DNA from: Ferrithrix thermotolerans DSM 19514
GTDB taxonomy: Bacteria; Actinomycetota; Acidimicrobiia; Acidimicrobiales; Ilumatobacteraceae
Reading direction: 5' to 3'
DNA: 64,000 nucleotides
Assembly: GCA_945862025.1 (NCBI GenBank)
Contig: CAMAWU010000001.1
Coordinates: 2,947 to 66,946 of the forward strand
The stretch's first letter is position 1; every line of letters starts with the position of its first letter. Shown in pieces: positions 1 through 10,637 of the stretch. The position numbers and the translations under genes were made by a program. The notes under the pieces are model-generated. The model made no database searches, was not told where the DNA came from, and saw nothing but the letters and a program-made list of their open reading frames with translations.

Positions 1-436
1 GCAGAGCTTTTTCTGTGATGCTTCGCCCCCAAGAAGAACTAACCGAGGCAACACTGACTTCTTCGACAGAAACCTTGGCCAACTCGGCGAACGATTTCTG
101 GACAGCAAGGCGAACTTGCTCAGTTTGATCTCCAACTTGAACTCGCATCACCTGTAATTCGGTTCCGGTTAGAAACTGAATCTTGGCGTTCGTCGACTCT
201 ACATTGTTGACATCCAAAACTTGTCGTGCATCAGCATCAGTTAACGTTCCTGCTGGAACCTCCCATGCGACTCCACCACGAAAATCGATACCAAGATCAA
301 GCCCTCGCAGCAATAGCGAACCAGCACCAGCAATAACTATGGCCAATGAAATTGTGAACCCGATCATTCGTCGCCCGATGAAATCAAATGTAGTTTCACC
401 ACGATAGAGACGACCAAAGCCACTAAAAATTTTCAT
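1..436 (-). CDS. secF: Protein translocase subunit SecF (N-terminal part; gene runs off the left edge of the window)
   Basis: Not in the ORF track because it is open at the window edge. Manual translation from ATG at 436..434 gives MKIFSGFGRLYRGETTFDFIGRRMIGFTISLAIVIAGAGSLLLRGLDLGIDFRGG... The start overlaps the secD stop as ATGA. Canonical secD-secF order. Confidence 0.85.
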   Translation of the reverse strand, partial: MKIFSGFGRLYRGETTFDFIGRRMIGFTISLAIVIAGAGSLLLRGLDLGIDFRGGVAWEVPAGTLTDADARQVLDVNNVESTNAKIQFLTGTELQVMRVQVGDQTEQVRLAVQKSFAELAKVSVEEVSVASVSSSWGRSITEKAL

Positions 437-1965
437 CACAACACCTCTGGCTTTACGGTTTGAATGCCCAAAACTCGTTTTCCCTGAACACGCTTAGATC
501 GTGCAAACAATAGAACTGCACTGCGAGTAAAGAAATAAGTGATGACAATGTCCGTGACAGCAGATATTCCAAGGAAGAAAGCAAACCCTCGCACTGAGCC
601 AACAGTCAGAAACCAAAGTGTGGCCGCAGCCAAAAACGAAACCATGTCGGCGGCAACAATTGTTCGCCACGCTGATTCAAAACTTCGAATTGCCGAATTC
701 TTGAGCGTCTTGCCGACACGAATTTCATCTTTGATTCGCTCAAAGAAAACAATATATGAGTCAACAGCAATGCCGATAGAAACGATGATGCCAGCAATGC
801 CCGATAGCGATAGCGCTAAGCCGTTTGTCCGGGACAAAACTGAAATCAGACTCCACAAAAATGCGATTGAGATTGTCATACCCGCAACAATGAACAGCGC
901 CATCAATCGGTAATACGCAACTAGCAAAATCAGCACCAGCAAGATGCCGATAAGCCCTGAAATAATTGCCGCACGAAGCGAGTCGGAGCCGAGCGTCGCC
1001 GAAACCGTTTGTGCCTGAGAGACACCAAAACGAACTGGAACTGCACCGAACTCAAGAATCTTTGCCAAGTCACGCGCTTCTTCTGGCGTAAATGATCCGC
1101 TGATCTGCACACTGCCACCGGTGAACTCGGGTTCGTTGACAGTTGGCGCCGAGATCACGGTGCCGTCAAGCACCATTGCCAACTGTCCAGTTGGACATAC
1201 CTCTGTCTTATTGTAACATTCTGCAGCAAGTTTGTTCCACAGCACATCACCGTCAGGACCACTTTGCAAACTTACGACAACTGTCCACTCACCTGTTTGA
1301 ACATCGGCTCGTGCATCATTTTTGAAAACTTTTCCAGATGCCCCAGCAGGCCCTACAACATATGCGATTTGGTTCTTGTCTAGCAATAAAACTGTTTGCG
1401 TTGGATCATTTGGGTCATCACCGAGTTCAACTTTTGGCGCAGCAGCGTCAGTTGGCGCCACCGTTGCTGAATCTAAAACCGGCACGGTTGTACTAGTCGC
1501 CGACGAAGTATTAATACGTCGCGAACTTCCAGGGCCACCAGCAACCGGAACCGTATCTGTTGTCGTATCAGGTGGAGTACTACCGGCAATTGTCGTTGAA
1601 GAGTTTTCGTTAAGCATTCCGGTTTGTAATACCGGACGCAACAAAAGTTCTCCAGTTCGACCAATTATGTCAAGTGCTTGCTGTTGATCTTTAACACCAG
1701 GCAAGTTGACGATTACTGTGTCGCCTTGCAGAATGATTTCTGGCTCGGCGACACCAATTGAGTCAACTCGAGCACGAATAATCTCAACGGCGACATCTAA
1801 CCCTGTTGCGTCATACTTGCCTTCTGGTTGCAAGGTCACAGACGCTCCGCCTTGCAGGTCAAGACCAAGAGCAGGCTTGTTACCGGCAATCAAGTTAGCG
1901 GTGAACGCACTGGCGACGATCACAATTAATAAAACCAAAGAAATGATGTGACGGCGATTATTCAT
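436..1965 (-). CDS. secD: Protein translocase subunit SecD
   Basis: 509-aa ORF with an N-terminal TM helix and the LGLDLQGGASVTL motif. C-terminal multi-TM SecD/F export domain (GIAGIIVSIGIAVDSYIVFFERIKDE). Contains an S/T/P-rich low-complexity insert around aa 120-190. Follows yajC. Confidence 0.9.
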   Translation of the reverse strand: MNNRRHIISLVLLIVIVASAFTANLIAGNKPALGLDLQGGASVTLQPEGKYDATGLDVAVEIIRARVDSIGVAEPEIILQGDTVIVNLPGVKDQQQALDIIGRTGELLLRPVLQTGMLNENSSTTIAGSTPPDTTTDTVPVAGGPGSSRRINTSSATSTTVPVLDSATVAPTDAAAPKVELGDDPNDPTQTVLLLDKNQIAYVVGPAGASGKVFKNDARADVQTGEWTVVVSLQSGPDGDVLWNKLAAECYNKTEVCPTGQLAMVLDGTVISAPTVNEPEFTGGSVQISGSFTPEEARDLAKILEFGAVPVRFGVSQAQTVSATLGSDSLRAAIISGLIGILLVLILLVAYYRLMALFIVAGMTISIAFLWSLISVLSRTNGLALSLSGIAGIIVSIGIAVDSYIVFFERIKDEIRVGKTLKNSAIRSFESAWRTIVAADMVSFLAAATLWFLTVGSVRGFAFFLGISAVTDIVITYFFTRSAVLLFARSKRVQGKRVLGIQTVKPEVL

Positions 1966-2019
1966 TGTTGGGCTTTATTTTGATTATTCATCGCTTGGTT
2001 TTATAAATCAACTAAAAAG

Positions 2020-2379
2020 TTATTCGACTGGCTTGTCTGGTGTTGGAGTCGAGACTTTGCGAGCAATTGAGCCCTTCGTGACTCGCACTTCAACCTTTTC
2101 GGCAATTTCGATCCACAAGAAATCATCCTCAGTTGCCGAGACGAAGCCGTAGATTCCCGAATTAAGGATTACCTCATCACCTTCAACAATGCTGGACTGT
2201 AAGTTGGCAGTTGCTATTTGTCGCTTGCGTTGTGGACGCAACAACAGAAAGTACATTGCTGCGAAAATCAAAACCAACGGCAACATACTCAGAATTGGGT
2301 TGCTCTTTGTGGTTGTGTGCGTGGCAGCAATTAATGAAAAAACATCAAAATTAATGGTCGAGGCGAGAGTTATAGACAT
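2020..2379 (-). CDS. yajC: Preprotein translocase subunit YajC
   Basis: Single TM followed by the LLLRPQRKRQ motif typical of YajC. Start trimmed to ATG at 2379 (MSITLAST...), because the longer ORF would overlap the tgt 3' end. Position between tgt and secD. Confidence 0.8.
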   Translation of the reverse strand: MSITLASTINFDVFSLIAATHTTTKSNPILSMLPLVLIFAAMYFLLLRPQRKRQIATANLQSSIVEGDEVILNSGIYGFVSATEDDFLWIEIAEKVEVRVTKGSIARKVSTPTPDKPVE

Positions 2380-2398
2380 AGCGAACGAGTCTAGTGGC

Positions 2399-3517
2399 TT
2401 ATGGCTTGTCGTTAACATTGCCAGCCCATGTGGCCAAAAGCGTCTTACGAAACTCGGCAAAATTGCCTTGTGATATGGCTGTTCGCATTTGTGACATCAA
2501 GTTAAGTGTGAAAGCAACATTGTGCAGAGAAACAAGTCGTGCAGCGGTCGGCTCATTTACTTGAAATAGATGACGAATATATCCTCGTGAGTGTCGTTGG
2601 CACACCGAACACGAGCACGTCGAGTCAATTGGGTCTTGACTAGTTGTGAATTCAGCGCGTGTGATGTTTAGCTTTCCGGTCGAAGTTAATGCAGTACCGT
2701 GTCGACCAATTCTTGTTTGCATCACACAATCAAATTGATCGACTCCGAGATTGACCGCCTCAACTAACGAAGCTGGGTCACCTACACCCATCAAATATCG
2801 CGGTCGATTTTTTGGCAAATGCTCAATTGCGGCTTCAAGCGCAACGAGCATTTCTTCGCGAGTCTCACCCACCGACAAACCACCGATCCCGTAGCCATCG
2901 AAATTAAGTTCGGCCGTGATCTTCGCACTTTCGCGTCGCAACACTGGGTCAACCCCGCCTTGCACAATTCCAAACAGACTTTGATCTGCTCGCGTGTGAC
3001 TATCGCGCGCTTGCTTGGCCCACTGCGATGTTCGCTTAAGTGCCAACCGAATAACTTCATCAGACGACGGCAATGGCGCACAGACATCCAACACCATTTG
3101 AATATCGGCACCCAGCAACTCTTGAGTTTTCACCGCTGATTGCGGTGTGAACCGATGCATCGATCCGTCATAAGTAGAGCGAAATGAAACGCCCTCGTCA
3201 TCAACATCTGGGTTGAGCGAAAATACTTGAAACCCACCTGAGTCTGTGAGAGTTAAACCCTTCCATCCGGCGAATTGACCAAGCCCACCTAATTCGGCAA
3301 CGACTTGTGCGCCTGGTCGCAACATCAAGTGATAGGTATTTCCTAAAACTATTTGCGCGCCAAGTTCTTCATAGTCTTGGGCACTCAAATGCCTGATTGC
3401 CCCGCGTGTACCGACAGGCATAAAACATGGAGTGTCGTAGTTGCCCCGATGCGTTGTGGCGATACCCGTGCGAGCATTACCAACGCGAGCAGTTTCTTTA
3501 AATTCAACGGCAAACAT
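2399..3517 (-). CDS. tgt: Queuine tRNA-ribosyltransferase
   Basis: 372 aa. TPCFMPVGTRGAI, GNTYHL and LTDSGGFQVFSL motifs, plus the Zn site CSCSVCQRHSRGYIRHL. Adjacent to queA. Confidence 0.93.
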   Translation of the reverse strand: MFAVEFKETARVGNARTGIATTHRGNYDTPCFMPVGTRGAIRHLSAQDYEELGAQIVLGNTYHLMLRPGAQVVAELGGLGQFAGWKGLTLTDSGGFQVFSLNPDVDDEGVSFRSTYDGSMHRFTPQSAVKTQELLGADIQMVLDVCAPLPSSDEVIRLALKRTSQWAKQARDSHTRADQSLFGIVQGGVDPVLRRESAKITAELNFDGYGIGGLSVGETREEMLVALEAAIEHLPKNRPRYLMGVGDPASLVEAVNLGVDQFDCVMQTRIGRHGTALTSTGKLNITRAEFTTSQDPIDSTCSCSVCQRHSRGYIRHLFQVNEPTAARLVSLHNVAFTLNLMSQMRTAISQGNFAEFRKTLLATWAGNVNDKP

Positions 3518-3562
3518 CTCGTCTTACGGTATCTAGTTGGCTAGTAGTTGGCTAGTAGCTAG

Positions 3563-4579
3563 CTATAGCGAGCGGTCTAGCAACATTGCATCACCGAATG
3601 ACAACATTCGATAACGCTCTTGAATCGCGGTTGCGTAAAGAGACTTCCAGCGCGCGCCAACGAAAGCATCAACGAGCATCAACAAAGTCGTTCTTGGCAT
3701 ATGAAAATTCGTCAACAGCAGATCTACAACTTTAAAGTCATAACCAGACGAGATGAACATCTTCGTTCGACCAGACAAGACACCAGTTGTAGCAGCTGCT
3801 TCTAGGGCACGCGTTGCAGTTGTCCCGACGGCAATAACACGCTTGGCTTGACGACATTGATCGAGTACCTCTGCAGTTACGCAGTAAGACTCTGTATGCA
3901 TCGGGTGATCGCGCGGGTCGCTTTGCGTCACGGGTGCAAAAGTGTCTAATCCGACAGTTAGATCAACAGTCAAAAGTTTGATGCCCTTGTTTCGAAGCGC
4001 CAAGAGAAGCGAGTCGGTGAAATGAAGTCCGGCTGTTGGCGCCGCTGCCGATGCAGGACGATTTGCATACACAGTTTGATAACGATCTGCTTCTAAAAGT
4101 TTTGTCGTTATATATGGCGGCAGAGGCATCTCACCAAATCGCTGTAACAATTCAGATGAACTCATCTTTGCTTCAATTAAAAGTTTGACCAAAAAAGTAT
4201 CGCCAGATTCAGTGCGTTCACCGATTTGTACTAACGGTGTACCGTCAGCTGCAAATAGAATTTCGCCTCGTTTTAATCGTTTTGCTGGACGAACCATTGC
4301 TTCCCAAGTTTCTTGCGATGTGTCTCGCGGTTCAAGCAGTAAAACTTCGGCTGACCCTCCTGATTGCCGAACAAGTCGCAGCCGAGCAGGAATCACTTTT
4401 GTGTCGTTGACAACAACAACATCACCAGCAACACAAAAATCCGCGAAGTCTCTCATCTTGTTGTGAAGCGCACCAGCCGAACCTTGATCAACAAGTAGCC
4501 GCGCCGAATCTCGCGGTTCAATTGGCGTCTGAGCAATCAGTTCATCGGGCAACAAATAGTCAAAATCTTCGAGTCTCAC
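3563..4579 (-). CDS. queA: S-adenosylmethionine:tRNA ribosyltransferase-isomerase
   Basis: 338 aa. N-terminus MRLEDFDYLLPDELIAQTPIEPRDSARLL and the motifs LPPYI, QTVYA, AAPTAGLHFT and VGTTATRALE. Confidence 0.93.
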   Translation of the reverse strand: MRLEDFDYLLPDELIAQTPIEPRDSARLLVDQGSAGALHNKMRDFADFCVAGDVVVVNDTKVIPARLRLVRQSGGSAEVLLLEPRDTSQETWEAMVRPAKRLKRGEILFAADGTPLVQIGERTESGDTFLVKLLIEAKMSSSELLQRFGEMPLPPYITTKLLEADRYQTVYANRPASAAAPTAGLHFTDSLLLALRNKGIKLLTVDLTVGLDTFAPVTQSDPRDHPMHTESYCVTAEVLDQCRQAKRVIAVGTTATRALEAAATTGVLSGRTKMFISSGYDFKVVDLLLTNFHMPRTTLLMLVDAFVGARWKSLYATAIQERYRMLSFGDAMLLDRSL

Positions 4580-4591
4580 AAAATAAAATTT

Positions 4592-5620
4592 TCAGAATAG
4601 TTCTGGGGCGTTTGTTGGCGGTGTTTCGCCAATGTGGCGCCAAGCCGCAGGCATCGCTACGCGACCACGTGGTGTGCGCGCGAGTAACCCTTGTTGAATT
4701 AAGAACGGTTCGTAAACATCTTCAATGGTTTCGGTTTGCTCGCTGACCGAAATAGCAAGAGTCGAAAGACCAACGGGGCCACCACCAAACTGTCGGCACA
4801 GAGCAGACAAAATCGCTCGGTCAACTTTGTCAAGACCCAAATCATCAACACCAAAAACTTCGAGTGCTTGACGCGCGCTGGCTTTCGTTACTTTTCCATC
4901 TCCACGAACTTCGGCATGGTCTCGCACCCGACGCAGCAAACGGTTAGCAATTCGCGGGGTTCCTCGCGAACGGCGAGCAATCTCTTGGGCACCAGCACCG
5001 TCGATCGGCACATTTAAAATTCGTGCTGTGCGTTGAACGATCAACTCAAGTTCATCAACTTCATAGAAATCAAGTCGAGCAACGAGACCGAACCGGTCGC
5101 GTAGTGGTCCTGTAATCATTCCGGTGCGAGTCGTGGCTCCGATCAAAGTAAACCTAGGCAACGTCAGACGAATCGACGACGCCGATGCACCTTTGCCGAC
5201 GACAATATCTATTTGAAAATCTTCCATTGCTGGATACAGAATTTCTTCAACTTGACGCGATAGCCGATGAATCTCATCGATAAACAAAACATCGTTGACA
5301 TCGAGCTTCGTCAGAATTGCGGCCAAATCTCCAGCGCGCTCAAGGGCAGGGCCAGAAGTGATGTGAATCTTGGCATTCATTTCGCTTGCCACGATTCCTG
5401 CCATGGTTGTCTTGCCTAAACCTGGTGGCCCGGCCAACAAAATATGATCGGCTGATTGTTCTCTTTTTCGCGCTGCTTCAAGCACGATGCCGAGATGCTC
5501 TTTCAGTTCGCGCTGACCAACGAAATCATCTAAAGCCTTGGGTCGTAACCCAGTGTCATCATGATCACTGGGGTCGTTCGTTAATGACGGATCAGTGAAC
5601 TCTTCACGCACGACGGGCAC
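4592..5620 (-). CDS. ruvB: Holliday junction branch migration ATPase RuvB
   Basis: 342 aa. Walker [18 protein letters not shown] and [18 protein letters not shown]. ruvC-ruvA-ruvB order. Confidence 0.95.
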   Translation of the reverse strand: MPVVREEFTDPSLTNDPSDHDDTGLRPKALDDFVGQRELKEHLGIVLEAARKREQSADHILLAGPPGLGKTTMAGIVASEMNAKIHITSGPALERAGDLAAILTKLDVNDVLFIDEIHRLSRQVEEILYPAMEDFQIDIVVGKGASASSIRLTLPRFTLIGATTRTGMITGPLRDRFGLVARLDFYEVDELELIVQRTARILNVPIDGAGAQEIARRSRGTPRIANRLLRRVRDHAEVRGDGKVTKASARQALEVFGVDDLGLDKVDRAILSALCRQFGGGPVGLSTLAISVSEQTETIEDVYEPFLIQQGLLARTPRGRVAMPAAWRHIGETPPTNAPELF

Positions 5621-6191
5621 CCAACATATTTAGAGCCTCGCGCAACATTGACTCGGAATCGTTATTTACGGAAATTTCTCGTAGAACATCGCGAATCTCT
5701 TCAGTTGAATAACCCAAACCAGAAAGTGCATCCCGCACATCGCCAACGCTTGATGGACCATTGATCGTGTTGCTCCCTTCCAAGATGTTTAGGTGCAGTC
5801 GATTTTTTAGTTCAATCAATAATCGCTCGGCGGTTTTTTTGCCGACACCCGAGACGAGTGTTAATGCAGCGATGTCAGAGCCTGCAACTATGTCAACTAA
5901 AGCACGAGGCGAATGCGTCGCCAAGATCATCATTGCCATCGTCGGCCCAACACCATGGGTTGCAATGAGAATTTCAAAACATCGACGCTCATCGCGGTCA
6001 AGAAATCCATAAAGGGTTTGTGCATCTTCTCGAACATGGTGATGGATATAAACGAAAGCAGTTGTTGTAGGTTCAAGTTCTCCAAGTGTTCGTGGTGTGA
6101 CATGAACAAAATATCCGATGCCATTTGTCTCAATTAATACTGTCGAATCACTGGTGCGCTCAAGCACAGTGCCGCGCAATGATCCGATCAT
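5604..6191 (-). CDS. ruvA: Holliday junction DNA helicase subunit RuvA
   Basis: 195 aa. MIGSLRGTV... N-terminal OB domain and an HhH region ([18 protein letters not shown]-like). Start overlaps the ruvC stop by 4 nt. Confidence 0.9.
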   Translation of the reverse strand: MIGSLRGTVLERTSDSTVLIETNGIGYFVHVTPRTLGELEPTTTAFVYIHHHVREDAQTLYGFLDRDERRCFEILIATHGVGPTMAMMILATHSPRALVDIVAGSDIAALTLVSGVGKKTAERLLIELKNRLHLNILEGSNTINGPSSVGDVRDALSGLGYSTEEIRDVLREISVNNDSESMLREALNMLGARRA

Positions 6192-6751
6192 GCTGACTGT
6201 GCTTTCGCACTATTGATTTTTTGTTCGAGTGGGCTTGACGCAATGTGACACAGTGCAATCGCTGCGGCATCAGCAGCGTCGGCGGGTTTTGGAATTGTAT
6301 TGAGTCCAAGTCGTTGCTTAACCATTTTTTGCACCTGCGCTTTGTCGGCCGCTCCCCATCCAGTGAGTGCAAGTTTGACTTGGTTTGGTGTGTACTGCGC
6401 AACTTGCAATCCACGTCGCGCAGCAGCACTTAGGGCCAACCCACTAACTTGACCAACACTCATCGCTGTGCGGACATTCGATTGAAAAAAGATATGTTCA
6501 ACTGCAACTACAGACGGCAGATACTCATCAAGAAGTTGATCGATTTCGACACTCAGTTCTGCGAGTCGTTGTGGCAGCGCTTGATCTGGACTCGTTCGCA
6601 AAACACCAAGCGCACGCATCGCTATTTCAGTTGCTCCTCGAACCTCTAAAACCGCATAACCGCAGCGAGTTAAACCAGGGTCTATTCCGAGAACGACTGA
6701 AGTCTTGGACTCACCTGTCAGATTTACGGTGTCAGCTGACTGGGCGAACAT
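6188..6751 (-). CDS. ruvC: Crossover junction endodeoxyribonuclease RuvC
   Basis: The VLGIDPGLTRCGYAV catalytic N-terminus is typical of RuvC. Start trimmed to ATG 6751 (MFAQS...) to avoid a 38-nt overlap with the bcp 3' end. The longest ORF reaches 6799. Confidence 0.88.
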   Translation of the reverse strand: MFAQSADTVNLTGESKTSVVLGIDPGLTRCGYAVLEVRGATEIAMRALGVLRTSPDQALPQRLAELSVEIDQLLDEYLPSVVAVEHIFFQSNVRTAMSVGQVSGLALSAAARRGLQVAQYTPNQVKLALTGWGAADKAQVQKMVKQRLGLNTIPKPADAADAAAIALCHIASSPLEQKINSAKAQSA

Positions 6752-6761
6752 ATGTTCAAGC

Positions 6762-7235
6762 CTAGTGGGTGCCTGCTTGGGCATCGGCGATCGCCTCAAC
6801 TAGTTCAGCCACGGGGCGATACGACACCCCGACAACGGCTCTGTGCAAATAACTGACGATTCCGTTGGGGCTAATTACAAAAATACTGCGTCTTGGCAAA
6901 TTCAAAAAACCAAGAACTCCATAAGCGGCCAGGACATCTTTTTTGGTGTCCGCCAACAACGGGAACTTAAAATTATGTTTGCTGGAGAATTTCTGATGGT
7001 GATCGACATCTTGTTGCGAAATCGCCAACACCTGCGCATTGAGTTCGGTGAATTGCGTGAGCTCGTTGTTGTACGAACAAAGTTGTTTGGTGCAAACTAG
7101 TGAGTCATCGGCAGGATAGAAAACGAGTACAACAGTTTTGCCACGATACTGCGACAACGAGATGTCATTGCCGTCTTGATTCGGCAGGGTGAAATCTGGT
7201 GCTTGACTTCCAACGACAATTTCCGACTTTGACAT
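6762..7235 (-). CDS. bcp: Thiol peroxidase / peroxiredoxin, Bcp (AhpC/TSA) family
   Basis: 157 aa. APDFTLPNQDG..., FYPADDSLVCTKQLC (peroxidatic Cys context) and a thioredoxin fold. Confidence 0.82.
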   Translation of the reverse strand: MSKSEIVVGSQAPDFTLPNQDGNDISLSQYRGKTVVLVFYPADDSLVCTKQLCSYNNELTQFTELNAQVLAISQQDVDHHQKFSSKHNFKFPLLADTKKDVLAAYGVLGFLNLPRRSIFVISPNGIVSYLHRAVVGVSYRPVAELVEAIADAQAGTH

Positions 7236-7237
7236 GC

Positions 7238-7984
7238 TTATCCGACTTCCTGCATTAATTTCTCAGAGATATCAAAGTTTGCATAAACATCTTGAACATC
7301 GTCATTGTCGTCAAGTTCATGCATAATTTTGAGAATCGCCTTGGCCTCATCTGGGTCTTTTACTTCAACTGTGTTAGCCGAAAGCATCGTAGTGGTCGCC
7401 GAGTTAACAACGATTTTTGCCGCTTCGAGAGATGATTTGAGATCCCAAACTTGACTCGGATCGCAAGTTACATGCCACATATCTTCGTCCGCGGTGATGT
7501 CTTCTAGCCCGTGATCAAGACCAACCAACATCAAATCATCTTCGCTGACAGTCTTGGCAACCAAGATCACACCTTTGCGTGAAAATTGCCAGCCGACCGC
7601 TCCTGGTGCGGCCATTGATCCACCCTGCTTCGAAAAAATAATTCGAACATCGGCAGCAGTGCGATTGCGATTATCCGTAAGAATGTCGATCAACATTGCT
7701 ACTCCACCTGGAGCGTAAGCCTCGTAGGTAACTGACTCGTAAACTTTTCCATCGGTTTCGCCCATGCCGCGCTTAATCGCACGATCAATTGCATCGTTGG
7801 TCATTTGTGCAGATTTGGCTTTAGCTACAACTGTTCGTAGTGCAGCGTTTACAGAAACATCTCCGCCACCTTCGCGTGCGGCAACTTCTAAGAGTCGCGA
7901 TAATTTAGCGAAAGTTTTGCCGCGCACTTTATCGATTGCGGCCTTTTTATGCTTAATCGTTGCCCATTTAGAGTGGCCAGACAT
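7238..7984 (-). CDS. yebC: YebC/PmpR family DNA-binding transcriptional regulator
   Basis: 248 aa. N-terminus MSGHSKWATIKHKKAAIDKVRGK is the YebC signature. Sits between pdxT and ruvC as in mycobacteria. Confidence 0.92.
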   Translation of the reverse strand: MSGHSKWATIKHKKAAIDKVRGKTFAKLSRLLEVAAREGGGDVSVNAALRTVVAKAKSAQMTNDAIDRAIKRGMGETDGKVYESVTYEAYAPGGVAMLIDILTDNRNRTAADVRIIFSKQGGSMAAPGAVGWQFSRKGVILVAKTVSEDDLMLVGLDHGLEDITADEDMWHVTCDPSQVWDLKSSLEAAKIVVNSATTTMLSANTVEVKDPDEAKAILKIMHELDDNDDVQDVYANFDISEKLMQEVG

Positions 7985-7987
7985 TTG

Positions 7988-8587
7988 TTAAACCCCTTCC
8001 AAAAATAATTCATGAAGCCGAATATCGTTTGCTAATTCTGGATGAAATGAAGCCACCAAAACTTTGTCCTGCTGAGCCAGCACTACATCATCCCCACAAT
8101 ATGCCAAAGCCGTGACACTTGACCCAAGCGAGACTATTCGCGGAGCGCGGATAAACACACCATGAAAACTGCCGGTAAGCGCACCGATTTCAATTTCTGC
8201 CTCAAAACTATCAATTTGTCGCCCATAGGCATTTCGCTGCACATCTATGTCGATCGCATTAAAAGACAACTGATCATCGCGACCGTCGATAATCGTCTTG
8301 GCCAACAAAATCATTCCTGCGCAAGTTCCAAAGACAGGCATTCGGTTTTTGATGCGCGCATTAATCGGTTCAAATAGGTTTGCCGACTCAAGTAATTGCG
8401 ACATCGTTGTTGATTCGCCGCCAGGCATCACAAGTGCATCTACGACTTCGAGATCTTGGGGTGTGCGAACTTGTCGCGAACTAACACCAATTTTATTTAA
8501 AACGGCTTCGTGACTGCTGAATGCTCCTTGCAGAGCTAAAACACCAACTGTTAATTCTGATTTACTTTTTTGCGATTGAGCGACCAC
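7988..8587 (-). CDS. pdxT: Pyridoxal 5'-phosphate synthase glutaminase subunit PdxT
   Basis: 199 aa. VGVLALQGAF, GGESTT, GTCAGMILLA (catalytic Cys) and SFHPEL. Confidence 0.92.
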   Translation of the reverse strand: MVAQSQKSKSELTVGVLALQGAFSSHEAVLNKIGVSSRQVRTPQDLEVVDALVMPGGESTTMSQLLESANLFEPINARIKNRMPVFGTCAGMILLAKTIIDGRDDQLSFNAIDIDVQRNAYGRQIDSFEAEIEIGALTGSFHGVFIRAPRIVSLGSSVTALAYCGDDVVLAQQDKVLVASFHPELANDIRLHELFLEGV

Positions 8588-8605
8588 CAGGAGGCCTCGC
8601 TTCGT

Positions 8606-9505
8606 TCACCAGCCACGCTCAGCAAAGCGTTGTTCGATGTTGTCCATTCCAATACCTGTCATCGGTGCACCCAAATTGCGACTAACTTTCGCAATAATTT
8701 CCGCGTCTCTGAAGTGTGTCGTCGCTTCAACAATCGCTCTGGCTCGCGGAGCTGGGTCATTACTTTTGAATATTCCTGAGCCAACAAAAACTGCTTCGGC
8801 GCCAAGTTGCATCGCGAGAGCCGCATCGCTTGGTGTGGCTATTCCGCCGGCACAAAACAAAGGCACCTGCAGCCAGCCAGTTTCAGCAATTTCTTGCACC
8901 AATGGCAACGGCGCTTGAAGTCGTTTCGCCCATTCAAACAACTCAGCCGAGTCGGCCTGTGTAATTTTACGAATATCACCAATGATTGACCGAAGGTGGC
9001 GCACGGCTTCAACGATATTGCCAGTGCCTGCTTCGCCTTTAGAACGAATCAACGCAGCGCCTTCACTTATCCGACGCAACGCCTCGCCTAGGTTTGTTGC
9101 GCCACAGACAACAGGTGTCTTGAATGCAAACTTGTCAATGTGATGTGATTCATCAGCCGGAGTAAGAACTTCGCTTTCATCAATAAAGTCAACACCGAGC
9201 GATTCAAGAACTTGCGCTTCAACAAAATGTCCGATGCGTGCTTTAGCCATTACCGGAATCGAGACAACTGCTTGAATTTTTTCAATCATCTCTGGGTCAC
9301 TCATCCGAGCAACTCCACCATCGCGACGAATATCTGCCGGCACTCGTTCAAGAGCCATGACCGCGCAGGCACCAGAGTCTTCGGCAATCTTTGCTTGATC
9401 GGCGTTAACAACATCCATGATCACGCCGCCCTTTAGCATTTCTGCCAAGCCGCGCTTCACAACCATTGACCCAGTTTTATTTGATTCAGTTTTTGCCATG
9501 TTCAA
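8606..9505 (-). CDS. pdxS: Pyridoxal 5'-phosphate synthase lyase subunit PdxS
   Basis: 299 aa. [52 protein letters not shown] is near-invariant PdxS sequence. Confidence 0.95.
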   Translation of the reverse strand: MNMAKTESNKTGSMVVKRGLAEMLKGGVIMDVVNADQAKIAEDSGACAVMALERVPADIRRDGGVARMSDPEMIEKIQAVVSIPVMAKARIGHFVEAQVLESLGVDFIDESEVLTPADESHHIDKFAFKTPVVCGATNLGEALRRISEGAALIRSKGEAGTGNIVEAVRHLRSIIGDIRKITQADSAELFEWAKRLQAPLPLVQEIAETGWLQVPLFCAGGIATPSDAALAMQLGAEAVFVGSGIFKSNDPAPRARAIVEATTHFRDAEIIAKVSRNLGAPMTGIGMDNIEQRFAERGW

Positions 9506-9559
9506 ACCTCTATCGTCGGGATAATTTCAGCGTACACAACGAACCAACAACTCTCTAGA

Positions 9560-10636
9560 TCAGGGGTACTTGACTTTTTTCATATCCTCGCCTGGAGCAA
9601 TGTTTGCAGCAGACTTGACACGAATCACTTCAACCCAAGTGCGACCAGGCGTTAACTTAATAATCTCACCCTTGACGTCTTTGTAAATAAATGGCATCTC
9701 TGGATCAGGTCGCTCCCAGGTGCCTTGAACTAATACGCCTGCGGTGTATATCCACACTTCTCCACTACCTACAGATTTTGCTACCGGGCTGGAGCCACTC
9801 TTCGAATAAACAACCGAAATAACAACAACATTTTGCGCATTAACTCGAACATCTTGCATGTCAACATGCGGTTTGTCATCTTGAGATCGGAGGAATGTCA
9901 ATAAGTCTGGACTCCACTCCCACATCACATCAACACCATCCATCGAGATTTTTACTGCCGCTGCTGCGATTGAGGCAGTTGTTACGGCCTCATTCTCTGC
10001 ACGATACTCAAATTGCGGCACCGGTGGCAGCGCATCAGCAGGAGCGAGGGTCCAAAGTTTTGTGGTTTCTGCAACAAGATTATGCGGCGCATTACGACTT
10101 GATTCGCGACGATACCCACCCTTTTCGTTAGCGACTGAATGACTTAGATCAACGAGCCATGACTTGCGAATTGCCGAAGTAACTTGTTGGTTTCCACCAC
10201 TCCATGCGAACAATGGGTGATTCAGCGAGCCGAGAAGATCGATGTCTTGTTGACGACCACTGCGAATTGGACCAACTGGGTCACTGCCTTGCGAATGAAA
10301 CACTGCGGCAAAACGAGTTAGTTGCTCGACATTTTCTTCGAAAACAATATCCGCTTGATTCAGCCCCCATTGTGGACGGGCTCGTGGATGATTATCGATC
10401 TTGACGACAAGTGCCGGACGATTAAGAATTGACTCATCTGCGGCGGGCGCACCAGTCAACGGGTTTCGAACAACTGGAATTGTTGTCGTGGTTGTCGTCT
10501 CAGGAATTGTCGTTTCAACTACTGGTTCTAAAGGCAAAGCTGCGGATGGCTCGGACTTGCCGCCACAACTCGCAACGATCAAGCCACACGCAATTAATCC
10601 AACAGTGGCAAGTTTGGTTTTCTTAATTTTGATCAT
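9560..10636 (-). CDS. Secreted lipoprotein, DUF3048 (YerB-like) family
   Basis: 358 aa. Lipobox signal peptide (LIACGLIVASCGG), a T-rich linker, then PALVVKIDNHPRARPQWGLNQADIVFEENVE resembling the DUF3048 N-domain. The family call is from memory of the motif. Confidence 0.6.
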   Translation of the reverse strand: MIKIKKTKLATVGLIACGLIVASCGGKSEPSAALPLEPVVETTIPETTTTTTIPVVRNPLTGAPAADESILNRPALVVKIDNHPRARPQWGLNQADIVFEENVEQLTRFAAVFHSQGSDPVGPIRSGRQQDIDLLGSLNHPLFAWSGGNQQVTSAIRKSWLVDLSHSVANEKGGYRRESSRNAPHNLVAETTKLWTLAPADALPPVPQFEYRAENEAVTTASIAAAAVKISMDGVDVMWEWSPDLLTFLRSQDDKPHVDMQDVRVNAQNVVVISVVYSKSGSSPVAKSVGSGEVWIYTAGVLVQGTWERPDPEMPFIYKDVKGEIIKLTPGRTWVEVIRVKSAANIAPGEDMKKVKYP

Positions 10637-10637
10637 T